This document shows positions 1 through 10,676 of a DNA stretch of 64,000 bases, in pieces; position 1 is the stretch's first letter, and each line of letters begins with the position of its first letter. The notes below the pieces were generated by a model that was given only the letters and a program-made list of their open reading frames with translations, had not been told where the DNA came from and searched no databases. Made by a program: the position numbers and the translations under genes. The DNA is taken from positions 160,001 to 224,000 of the forward strand of contig CAWKHF010000007.1 in NCBI GenBank assembly GCA_963849325.1, in the 5' to 3' direction. The DNA is from an uncultured Planctomycetota bacterium. Its GTDB lineage: Bacteria > Planctomycetota > Planctomycetia > Gemmatales > Gemmataceae.

Positions 1-859
1 GGCTGGCCGCGGACCAGCTCGCCTTCGTGAACGTGGATGCGGAGGATCTTGCCGCCCGTGGGCGCCGGACTTGCGTCTCCTTGAGCCGTTCGTTCGCCTG
101 GGCGATTTGCTGCTCGAGCAGCTCCAGCGAGATGGCGCTCTGGTTGCGCTTCAGCTCGGCCTTGGCGGACTCCAGCTGCGCCTTGGCCAAGCTGCGGTTC
201 AGCTCTTGGCCCTTGCTCATCTTTTTGTACTGGCATTCGGCGGCGACGAGTTCGGCGTGGATCTGGTTCCGCAGTAGTCGTTGCTTTTCCTTGTCCTGAT
301 CGGCGACGGTGTCCCCGGCCGCGACGTAGCGCTCGTAATCCCTCTTGGCGTTTTCTTCCTGGGCCTTGAGAAAGTCGATCTTGGTCTTCTGCGCCTCGAT
401 TTCGAGGGGTTCGACTTCCTCGATCTGCTCGCCGCGAATCTCTTCGACGTGGATCTGGGCGTTGCCACTGGCCGTGATGGCCTGCAAGCGTTTCTTCGCT
501 TCCTCCAGCTGCGCCTCCGCCACTTTTCGTTCCAGCTCGCGCAAGGTCTCGCTATCCAGGACGGCCAGCAACTGGCCCTTCTCGACGTGGTTGCCCTCCT
601 GCACCTTCAGCTGGGCGATGCGATCCGGCACCGACACGCCAACCGAGAGCACGTCGTCCTTGGGCTCGATGCGTCCCAGGGCAACAACCTTGTCGAGGGC
701 GCCGTCCGGCCCGCTGTCGCCGCCCGCTTCCGACGGCGCCGCCGGATTGCCGCGCAGCGAGACCGTGACCCAGCCGGCGGCGAACCCAGCGCCCAGGGCC
801 GCGATGGTCAGGAGTATCCACAACCCCGTATGCCCGCGTCTCTGGGGTTGAGCCGGCAT
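1..859 (-). CDS. HlyD/DevB-type membrane fusion protein (runs off the left edge)
   Basis: Manual translation from ATG at 859: MPAQPQRRGHTGLWILLTIAALGAGFAAGW (TM), VVALGRIEPKDDVLSV...RIAQLKVQEGNHVEKGQLLAVLD (lipoyl half-motif), then coiled coil. Not in the ORF track because it has no stop in the window. Confidence 0.8.
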   Translation of the reverse strand, partial: MPAQPQRRGHTGLWILLTIAALGAGFAAGWVTVSLRGNPAAPSEAGGDSGPDGALDKVVALGRIEPKDDVLSVGVSVPDRIAQLKVQEGNHVEKGQLLAVLDSETLRELERKVAEAQLEEAKKRLQAITASGNAQIHVEEIRGEQIEEVEPLEIEAQKTKIDFLKAQEENAKRDYERYVAAGDTVADQDKEKQRLLRNQIHAELVAAECQYKKMSKGQELNRSLAKAQLESAKAELKRNQSAISLELLEQQIAQANERLKETQVRRPRAARSSASTFTKASWSAAS

Positions 860-1299
860 GGTTAAGCCTCGCCTTCGAGAGAGCCGTCAAGGACAAGAAA
901 CCACAAACGAGTCAAGATCGTTAAAGAATGATAAACCCCGTTTCTCGGTGAAGGCAAGCTGCTTTTCGCAACCGCGCCTTCCGCGTCCGTGGCGCCGCTG
1001 GAAAAATCGGCATCCTCCGCGGGGAGATGGCTCGGCCTTGCGCCGTCTTCCGCGCCGCGGCGCCCCTCGCCACCCCGGGTTGATTTGCCCACCCGCTCGC
1101 ACTACAATCTGAGAGGGTCATGGGTTGATCGCCTGAAAAAATGCCACACCTTTCCGCTACCCTTGTCCCCACAGGATTCAGTGACGTCGCAAGGCGTTGA
1201 GCAGAGCAGAGCAGAACGTTTTACCGACCGCGCTCGCAAGGGGATGCAGAATTCAGTGATGCCGGAAGGCGTTGAGCCAAGCAGCGGGGAGATTATCGG

Positions 1300-3822
1300 A
1301 TGTATGAACGCTTCACGGATCGCGCCCGCAAGGTGATGCAGCTGGCCAACCAGGAGGCCCAGCGCTTCAACCACGAGTACATCGGCACCGAGCACATCCT
1401 CCTGGGCCTGGTCAAGGAAGGCTCCGGCGTCGCCGCCAACGTCCTCAAGAACCTCGACATCGACCTGCGCAAGATCCGCCTGGAGGTCGAGAAGATCGTC
1501 CAGTCCGGCCCGGACATGGTCACGATGGGCAAGCTGCCCCAGACGCCGCGGGCCAAGAAGGTCATCGAGTACTCCATCGAAGAGGCCCGCAACCTCAACC
1601 ACAACTACGTCGGCACCGAACACCTGCTGCTGGGCCTGCTGCGCGAGCAGGAGGGCGTGGCCGCCCAGGTCCTCATGAACCTCGGGCCTCAAGCTGGAAG
1701 ACGTGCGCGAGGAAGTCCTGAACTTACTGGGGCACAATATGGCGACGGAAGAAAGCGGCGGCGGCGGCGGCGGCGAACGGCAGACGAGCAAGGGCAAGTC
1801 CAAGACCCCGGCCCTGGACAGCTTCGGCCGCGACCTCACCGAACTGGCCCGCCAGGGCAAGCTCGACCCGGTCATCGGCCGGCAGAACGAGATCGAGCGC
1901 GTCATCCAGGTCCTCAGCCGCCGCACCAAGAACAACCCCGTCCTGCTCGGCGAGGCCGGCGTCGGCAAGACCGCCATCGTCGAGGGCCTGGCCCAGCTGG
2001 TCGTCGATAGCAACGTCCCCGAGCTGCTGCGCGACCGCCGCATCGTCGTCCTCGACCTGGCCATGATGGTCGCCGGCACCAAGTACCGCGGCCAGTTCGA
2101 GGAGCGCATCAAGGCCGTCATGAACGAGGTCCGCCGGGCCAAGAACACCATCCTGTTCATCGACGAGCTGCACACGCTCGTCGGCGCCGGCGGCGCCGAA
2201 GGGCGCCATCGACGCCTCCAACGTGCTCAAGCCGGCCCTGGCCCGCGGCGAGATCCAGTGCATCGGCGCCACCACCCTCGACGAGTACCGCAAGTACATC
2301 GAGAAGGACGGCGCCCTGGACCGCCGCTTCCAGCAGATCATCGTCAACCCGCCCTCCAAGGACGAGACGATCGAGATCCTCAAGCGGCCTGCGCGACCGC
2401 TACGAGGCGCACCACCGCGTCCAGATCAAGGACGAGGCGCTGGAGGCGGCCGTCGAGCTGTCCGACCGCTACATCAGCGGCCGCTGCCTGCCGGACAAGG
2501 CCATCGACGTGATCGACGAGGCCGGCGCCCGCGTCCGCCTCAAGGCCATGACCCGGCCGCCGGACCTCAAGGAGCATCGACGGCCAGATCGAGCAGCTCA
2601 ACCAGGAGAAGGAGGCCGCCGTCGCCGAGCAGGACTTCGAGAAGGCCGCCCACCTGCGCGACCAGGCCGACAAGCTCAAGAAGAAGAAGGAGACCGATCA
2701 CCCGCGAGTGGCGCGAGAAGTCCAAGGAGATCGACGGCGTCGTCGATGAGGAGGTGATCCCGAGGTCGTCAGCAAGATGACCGGCGTGCCGCTGACGCGC
2801 ATCGACGACGACGAGACGCAGCGCCTGCTGACGATGGAAGACGAGCTGCACAAGCACGGTCGTCAGCCAGCACGAGGCCATCAAGGCCATCGCCAAGGCG
2901 GTGCGCAAGAGCCGGGCCGGCCTGAAGGACCCGAAGCGGCCGATCGGCAGCTTCATCTTCGCCGGCCCCACCGGCGTCGGCAAGACGCTGCTGGCCAAGC
3001 AGCTGGCCAAGTTCATGTTCGGCGACGAGAACGCGCTGGTGCAGATCGACATGTCCGAGTACATGGAGAAGCACAACGTCAGCCGGCTCGATCGGCGCCC
3101 CGCCGGGCTACATCGGCTACGAAGAGGGCGGCCAGCTGACCGAGAAGATCCGCCGCCGGCCGTACAGCGTGGTGCTGCTCGACGAGATCGAGAAGGCCCA
3201 CCCCGACGTCTGGAACATGCTGCTGCAGATCATGGAGGAGGGCCGGCTGACCGACAACGTCGGCCGGACGATCGACTTCAAGAACACCATCCTGATCATG
3301 ACGACGAACATCGGCGCCGAGCAGATCGCCGGCCGCCGCGAGTTCGGCATCCACACCGCCGGCGCCGCAACGAGGACGCGACCTACGAGGCCATGAAGGA
3401 GCAGCTCAAGGACGAGATGGAGACGCAACTTCCGGCCGGAGTTCCTCAACCGCCTGGACGACATCATCGTCTTCCGCAGCCTGACCGAGGACGACCTCAA
3501 GCACATCATCGACATCGAGCTGGCCAAGGTGACGAAGCGGCTGACCGAGAAGGGCCTGACGCTGGTGCTGACCGACGAGGCCAAGGACTTCCTGATCGAG
3601 AAGGGCACCAGCCTCGAGTACGGTGCCCGGCCGCTGCGCCGGGCCATCGAGCACTACCTCGAAGACCCGCTGTCCGAGGACTTGCTGCGCGGCACCTTCG
3701 AGGGCAAGGACACCATCACCGTGCGCGTCAAGGAGGAGAACGGCGAGAAGAAGCTGTCCTTCGACGCCACGACGACCGCCACGCCCGAACTGGTCGGCGC
3801 CGGCAGCGAGGCCAAGAACTGA
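1300..3822 (+). CDS. clpC: ATP-dependent Clp protease ATP-binding subunit ClpC (multiple apparent frameshifts)
   Basis: [20 protein letters not shown]lp-N repeats; Walker A GEAGVGKT and GPTGVGKT; Walker B LFIDELH and [21 protein letters not shown]. Consecutive pieces lie in different frames. Confidence 0.95.
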
Positions 3823-3850
3823 CACCCGCCGGTCCAAAACCGCAACTTCT

Positions 3851-3883
3851 GAGGGGCACCTGGCAAAGGTGCCCCTCTTTTTT
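3851..3883 (+). terminator. Rho-independent terminator of clpC
   Basis: GAGGGGCACCT-GGCAA-AGGTGCCCCTC stem-loop followed by TTTTTT. Confidence 0.85.
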
Positions 3884-3889
3884 CTCTTC

Positions 3890-3956
3890 CGTTTAGCCGC
3901 GACGCGCAGCGGAGCGCGGGAACCTCCCGCGCTCCGCTGCGCGTCGCGGCTAAACG
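3890..3956. repeat. Palindromic REP-like repeat, family A, copy 1
   Basis: CGTTTAGCCGCGACGCGCAGCGGAGCGC-loop-GCGCTCCGCTGCGCGTCGCGGCTAAACG; identical arms at 5403 and 10604. Confidence 0.9.
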
Positions 3957-4032
3957 TGAAACGGGTTGCTCGATGCGTCCTTGAATGTTTCCGATTGGAA
4001 ATGCGCTTCGATAACAACGCTTCCAGGTCGAA

Positions 4033-5332
4033 TCATTTCCCGGGAACTTTAAGGACTTTACCCATCGTTTGAGTTAACAAATGTTCGCTCGGCCGCGCCA
4101 GGGCCACGGTCGGCTCGTAGCCTCCTTCGAGGTATGCCTTGTCGGTCGGGATGTAACCGGGGCCGCCGTCGCCGTAGCCGGCCACGCACACGAAGGCGTC
4201 TTTGCGTATCTCCTGGGCCTTGAGCTGGTACTCGATGAACGGCTCGCCCGGCAGGTGCAGCACGACGGCCTTGCCGAAGTCGAGGCAGGTCAGATCGATC
4301 GGCCGATCCTGGCGCTTCAGCCAGGCGAGTTGGAAGGCGGCGTTGCCGCGGCGCGCCTTGACGGCGGCGGCGTCCGCCAACACCTTGCGGCTCTCCTCTT
4401 CGCCGAACGACTTCTCGCGGCGCGGCGGCAGGTGGATCGGTTCGACGCGCCAGTCCCAGCCGGTTAGCGCGTGTCGCTGGGTCGCTTGCCAGGCCGCTTT
4501 CAAGGCGGCATAGACGCGATCGCGCAGCACGGCGCGGTTGGCCCGCGAACCATCGTTGTATTTTCCGGCCGTGACGTTGCCGGCGCAGCCCGTGAAGTAC
4601 ACTTGAAAGACCTTGGGATCGTCGTCCTGCCGTTTCTGCCGCGCCAGGCCGCAGAAATCGGCACTGACCCGGCCGTCGCCGTAATAGCTCATCGGGTGGG
4701 TGGCGTAGTAACTCAGGGCGGCCAGCGGCCGGTCGTCCTTCCAGAAACTCAGCGTTTTCAGCCAGGGATCGATCAGTCCCTCCGGCGCGTCACGGACTTG
4801 CGGATCCTTGGTGGCGCTGTAGCGCGTGAAGCGGACCTTGCCATTGTCGCCGACGATGCGACGATTGGAGGCGACTTGCTCGACCCGCGCCTGACCGAGA
4901 CCCAGATGCGTGAAAGACGAGGTTTTTTTGAGCGATTCTTGCAGGGCGTCGGCGGACTGACCGACGACGCGATCGAAGAATTTCAGGTCCAGCGACGGCG
5001 GCGCGCCGGGTACGCCGTCGAGAAGCCGCTGCGCCTCCACATCGGCGAAGGGAGCGTTGTGAGCATGGATGCAGTGGACGGCGACTCGTTCCGGCGTGGT
5101 ATGCGCCGCACTGCGCCAGGGTCTCGCGCCACTGGCGATTGGCCTTGTTGCGCAGACCGCACCAGTCCACGGCGCACAGCACGACGGGGGCGCCGGCGCC
5201 GAGCAGGACCACGCCCAGCGCCCGCAGAGGGTCGTCCACGCCGCGCACCGGCTCGATCCAGCCACCGCACAGGGGATGGCCCGCAGGGGGCGTCGCAATC
5301 GACTGAAAGATCGCTAGATGAAGTGCCGGCAT
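4033..5332 (-). CDS. Neutral/alkaline ceramidase-like hydrolase (one frameshift near 5105)
   Basis: ORFs 4790..5332 and 4033..5298 join into one protein: TPPAGHPLCGG, DDPLRALGVVL, HCIHAHNAP, YYATHPMSYYG, FTGCAGNV, LPGEPFIEY, GYIPT...GGYE. Confidence 0.6.
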
Positions 5333-5402
5333 GGTTGTTGCTCTCCCAGAGGTAGGGCGGTCGGCGCGGGTTTATCGTATGAAATTCGAGCAGTAAGTTC
5401 CC

Positions 5403-5461
5403 CGTTTAGCCGCGACGCGCAGCGGAGCGCAATGCGCTCCGCTGCGCGTCGCGGCTAAACG
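5403..5461. repeat. Palindromic REP-like repeat, family A, copy 2
   Basis: Same 28-bp arms as 3890, 3-nt loop. Confidence 0.9.
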
Positions 5462-5654
5462 AAGGGATTTGTAGACAAGACCTTCCACCATGACTCCGAG
5501 GGGGAGAAAGAAAGTTTTTGTCCGCTCGCTCTTATTTTGGCGTTGTCAGAGATGAGCGAAGTCGCTATAGGGCTGCCTTCTTGTCGGATGATTTCGGGGG
5601 AACGAAGCCGCGGGGGCGCCGCGCTGCGCGGTGGCGGCGGGAGGGGGACTATCC

Positions 5655-6021
5655 ATGACGGCCAATCCGTTGCTCAACCACATCTTGAGCGACGAGCGAC
5701 TGACGAGCGGTTTAGGTGACGCGGAAGCCCGCGTTCTGGTAGAATGGCTGGTGGAGCAGGCGGAAGAGCTGACGCGGATCGCCGCCGCCGCAGAGGCCGA
5801 CTCCGCGGTGCGGTGGCTGTGCCGCCGGGGCAGGGCCGTGGCTCATTTCGTCCGCCTGTGGTGCCTGGAAGAAGCGCGGGGCCGCCGGGCAGCTGGCCGC
5901 CGCCGAACGCTTCGCCTGGCCGCTTCCGGAGTCCAACGCCGATCCGTGCGAGCTGATGCAAGCCATCGTTTCCTGTGAGAGCGATCAGTTCTGGCAACAA
6001 CGCCGTCCCCTGGCGGCCTGA
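5655..6021 (+). CDS. Hypothetical protein (frameshift near 5880)
   Basis: RBS GAGGGGG; MTANPLLNHILSDERLTSGLGDAEARVLVEWLV continues after a shift as AAGQLAAAERFAWPLP...PLAA*. Confidence 0.65.
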
Positions 6022-6173
6022 CGAGGATCTTTTTATGAAAAAATCTGCTGATTGGGAAAGATAGGGGCTTGTACGAGGGGCTAGAAGTGAATATGGTGGA
6101 GTGATTTCCAGGGTCAACGTCGAGACGTACACCTTTGTTGTTCAGGTAATCCCCGCGGGGATGAGGTGAAGTT

Positions 6174-8300
6174 GTGAACGCCGCGACTAACTCTCCTTCC
6201 AGTCCTTCCGACCTCGAGCAAGAGCGTCGCCGTATCGCCCATCGGCTGGAAGAAGTCGCCAAGCTGAGCGACACCAACGTCCCGCCCGGGGCCTTTTACG
6301 GCGAAATGCTCAAGCGTCTGCTGGAATCGCTGGCCGCCCCCGCCGGTGCCATTTGGCGCGTACCCCACAGGGCAACTTGCAGCTCCAGTACCAGATCAAC
6401 ATCAAGGAAATCGGTCTGGAGCAGAACGAAGAAGTGCGAAAAAGCCACGAGGAACTGCTGCGGCAGGCGGTGACGCAGACGAAGCCGTTCCACGTGCCGC
6501 CGCGCAGCAGCGTCGGCACGCCGGAGCCGGGCAAGACGCCGGCCGGCAACCTCACCGATTACACCCTGCTGATTTCGCCTATCCTGGTCAATCAGCAGAT
6601 GGCCGGACTCATTGAGGTCTGGCAGGGCGCCAATCGGCCGCCGCAGGCCATCACCGGCTATCTGCAGTACATGGGCTTCATGTCGGAGCTGTCTTCGCGC
6701 TATCAGCGCAATCAGCTCATGGGACAGTTGGCCGGCCAACAGCAGGTATGGTCGCAGCTGGAGGCGTTCGCCCGGCAAGTCCACAACAGCTTGAATCCCA
6801 CCGAGGTCGCCTACCTGGTGGCCAACGAAGGCCGCCGACTGATCGAATGCGATCGCGTCAGCGTGGCCGTGCGCCACAGCTCCAAGGCGCGCATCGAGGC
6901 CGTCAGCGGCGCCGACGTGGTCGAAACGCGCTCCAACCTCGTTCGCTTGATGCGTACCCTGTGCGAGCGCGTGCTGAGCTGGGGCGAGAAGCTGGTCTTC
7001 AACGGCACCCGCGACGACAGTCTGCCGCCGAAGGTGCTGGCGGCGCTGGATGCGTACCTGGCCGAGAGCAATAGCAAGCTGCTGGTCGTGCAGCCGTTGA
7101 AGGACGAGCGCGAGAAGGAGAGTAAGCGGCCGGCACGCTCCGCTCTGCTCATGGAGTGCTTCGAGCCGCCGGCCCAGCCGCAGCAGATCCTCGCCCGTCT
7201 CGACGTGGTCTCTCGTCACGCCACGCCCGCCCTATACAACGCCGTCGAGCATCGCCGCATTCCGATGCGCATGCTGTGGCTGCCGTTGGCCAAGGTGCAG
7301 GAGGGCATCGGCGGCAAGGCCAAGGCCATCTCCGCCGTCGCCGTTGCTCTGCTCAGCGTCCTGGGCGCCGCCCTGTATTTCGTGCCTTATCAGCTGAAGA
7401 TGGAATCGCACGGCAAGCTGGTGCCGTGGGCCCGTCGCGTCATCTATCCGCCGGCCAACGGCACCATCATGAAGTTCGAGGTCGAGCCGGGCGACGTCGC
7501 CCGCGAGGATCGACGCCTGGCGACCGTTTTCGACCTTGAGTTGCAGAAGAAGTTGAACGCCATGATGGAGATGATCGCCGGTGCCGAGACGGAGATGCTC
7601 CAGGCGCAGGCGAACGCCTCGACGCACCGGGCTAGCCCAAGGCGACAAGATCACCTACCGCGAGAAAGCGCGGATGCACGAAGACCTGGTGAAACGCAAG
7701 AGACAGGAGTTGTATGAGTTCATTCAGCGTACCAACGCCCGGCCCGATAAGCCTGGCGAATTTGAACTCCGCGCCCCGCGGTTGACGGACGAGGAACGGC
7801 TGCGCGTCATTCGTCCGGAGTGGACCGTCCTCAACGGCAACTTCAAGGAGGAGTGGACCAATCGCATGGCCCGCCCCTCCGATCCGATCCTGCGCCTGGG
7901 CGTCAAGGATGGACCGTGGGAGATCGAACTGCGCATCCCGCAGAAACACATTAGCCAGGTGCTCAAAGCGTACGAACACAATGGCGGTCAGCCGCTCGAC
8001 ATCGAGTTTTTGCTCCGCAGCGATCCGACGCGGACGTATCGGGGCAAGCTGTACCGCGAGAAAATCGCCGGCGAGGCCCTGCCCAACCGCGACGAAAAGG
8101 ACGAGCCGGAGCCGGAGGTTCTCGCCTACGCCAGCATTGATGACGAGAGCATCGATCCGGCCTACCGCCTCTCACGCGAATCGCTGACCAGCGGCACGGA
8201 AATCCACGCCAAGATTCGCTGCGGCAAACATCGTCTGGGATATGCCCTGTTCTACGGGGTCTGGGAGTTCTTCTACGAAAAAGTCGTCTTCTTCTTCTAA
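6174..8300 (+). CDS. Tandem GAF domains + TM + HlyD-like membrane fusion protein (2 frameshifts)
   Basis: GAF-like segments (LLISPILVNQQMAGLIEVW; VANEGRRLIECDRVSVAV); TM AVAVALLSVLGAALYFVP; lipoyl motif IYPPANGTIMKFEVEPGD; beta-barrel ending SGTEIHAKIRCG. Confidence 0.75.
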
Positions 8301-8402
8301 GAGCCAGGAACACCGAGAAACATCGGCGAGCCGAAGCCAACGGCGCGAGGGCAAAGGTGCCCTCATGCCCACACCCCCGGCTCGCCCCGAGGAGTCGAAT
8401 CC

Positions 8403-10591
8403 ATGATCCGCTGGATAGCCGTCTGTGTGCTGCTGTCGGCGTGTGCCGTCGCCGCCGTTTGGGCGGTCGCCCCGAAAACCATCGTTGAGGACAAGGCTTC
8501 GCCCCCGTCGTCCCCTGCCGCCAAAGCCTTCGAGGCGCAGGGTGCGCCGGCGGCGGATAACAATCCTACACCCAGGGCGCCGGCGACCCTGCCTGGAGTG
8601 CGGCCCACGCCCGAGCTTGTCGAGTACAAGGACACGAAGCAGGCTGCCAGCGCCGAGCCGATCCACATCTATGGCTGCCGGCTGGTCATCGACCCGATCC
8701 AGGAAGTCCCCACGGAAAAGGAAGGCAAGATTGCTATTCATCGGCACCGAAGTGTTGCCCGGCGAGGTCGTGCCTGCGGACAAGAAACTTCCCGAGGCGG
8801 AGATCGGTTTCCTGGCCGTCCCCGTTGGCAAGGATGAAGAAGCTTCACGGACGGGGAGAAGCCCTTCCAACTCGATCCGAATTCCTCGACCCGGTATCGC
8901 CGTCTCCGCGAGACCGATCCGCTAGAGCCAAACAAGATCGCACTGGCTCGGGAGTTCCGGCCTGTCCGCAAGCTCCAGGTCGGCGACAAGGTGAAGCGCG
9001 GCCAGCTGCTGGCCCTGGTCAACCCGCGCAAAGTCGTTCGACGATGTGGCCATGAAGGTTGCCAAGATCAACGCCGCCGAGGCCGACCGCCACTCCGCCG
9101 AGAAACAGAAGAAGGAATTCGCATCGGCGTTGGAAGCTCGGCATGGATGCCAACCGCCGCGTTCCCGGCACCGTGTCCAGGGATGATGTGGAGGCCTGTG
9201 AAATTGCAGCGTGAGAAATACGGTTCGGAGGAGGAAGTCAAGGAGGCCGAGATCATCAAGGCGCAGCGCGAGCTGAACGCGGCCCTGACCGACCTGCGCA
9301 TGCACGAAATCCGCGCCAGCATCGACGGCGTCATCAAGGCCATCTACAAGAACGCCGAGGGCGAGGCCGTCAAGCCGCTGGAGTCGGTCCTGCAAATCCA
9401 GAACCCCGAACGGCTGCGCGTGGAAGGACTGCTGGAAGTGCAGGAGGCGCTCAAGCTCAAGGTCGGCATGAAGGTCATTGTCGGGGCGAGCCGGCCGGAG
9501 GCCCCTCACCTGGTCATCAGCGGGCACCTCGCCACGGTCAACGCCGTCGCCGTCAGCAAGGGCAAACGGCCGATCGTCGTCTCCGGCAGCGACGATGAGA
9601 CGCTGCGCGGCTGGGACGCGACCACCGGCGACAGGTTGTGGAAGTTGGAGGGGCTGCGTCAGCCGTCCGCGCCGTGGCCTGCACGCCGCCGACCGCCAAG
9701 AGCAACCTCGCGCTGTTCGGTTGCGCCGACGGCACGGTTCGCCTGCTCGATTTGGACAATCCCAAGCAGGGATCGCGTGACCTGGCCGAGCGGCATCAGG
9801 GTGGCGTCAACGGCGTGGCCTTCAGCCCCAATGGTGAGGTGTGCGCCACCTGCGGCGACGACCGCACCATTATCCTGTGGAAGACCGAGAGCGGCGAGTT
9901 GTTGCATCGTTTGACGTACCATCGCGGGCCGGTCACGTCGGTGCAGTTCGCGTCGGCCGACCGGCTGGTGTCGGCCGGCCGCGACGGCCGCCTGGCGGTC
10001 TGGGACGTCGAACCGGGCAAGCCGCCCGTCAAGCTGCCGCCGACCTTCGAGGGTCGCACCGCCGAAGTCTCCCAGGTCGGCGTCAGCCCCGATGGCCGCA
10101 CCGTCCTGTTCGACCAGGGCAAGGAACTGCGTCTGTTGTCGTTGGCCGACAAGCGGATCGAGGGCACGGTGCAGAACCCGTCGGACGCCATGAATTTCTC
10201 GACGATGGCTCTGTTCGCGCCGGACGGCAAGACGATCCTGACCAACGGCTCGGCGGCGGCCAAGCTGCAATTGTGGCGGACGCCCGGCCCACAAGGGCGA
10301 GCCTCGGAACTGCGCCAGCTCATCTGGGGCGGGGCTCCGGCCACCTGCGGAGCGTTCGCCCCCGAGGACGGCTCCTTCGCCGTCACCGGCACGCAGGACC
10401 ATAAAGTGCTGCTGTGGACCATGCCGGAGAAGAACGAGATCGAGAGTCGCCTGGAGGCCCACCTGATGCTGGTCGAGAAGTACCTCGACACGCAGTCGCG
10501 GCAGGTCCGCGTCTGGGCCGAGCTGCAGAACCCCGGCTGGCTCATCCCCGGCACTCAGGCCACCATGGTCGTTCCGCCGCAGCAGAAGTAG
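8403..10591 (+). CDS. HlyD-like membrane fusion protein with an inserted WD40 beta-propeller (several frameshifts)
   Basis: Signal/TM MIRWIAVCVLLSAC; GDKVKRGQLLA and HEIRASIDGVIKAI lipoyl halves; WD40 repeats (GHLATVNAVAVS...LRGWD, HQGGVNGVAFSPNG...ILWK); MFP C-terminus DTQSRQVRVWAELQNPGWLIPGTQATMVV. Confidence 0.75.
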
Positions 10592-10602
10592 CTGGAATAA
10601 CA

Positions 10603-10670
10603 TCGTTTAGCCGCGACGCGCAGCGGAGCGCGGCAAGCGACGCGCTCCGCTGCGCGTCGCGGCTAAACGA
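10603..10670. repeat. Palindromic REP-like repeat, family A, copy 3 (inside the operon)
   Basis: Same arms as 3890 and 5403, different loop. Confidence 0.9.
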
Positions 10671-10676
10671 GAATCG

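Noticed and set aside
860-1299. CtsR or CIRCE heat-shock operator upstream of clpC
   Set aside because: Only isolated GTCAA words; no properly spaced repeat and no CIRCE palindrome.
1300-3822. clpC and many other genes as pseudogenes or programmed frameshifts
   Set aside because: Indels are scattered through conserved genes without in-frame stops or sequence decay, which is typical of long-read consensus error.
3890-10670. Family A repeats as a CRISPR array
   Set aside because: Copies are kilobases apart with genes between them; no regular spacers and no cas genes.
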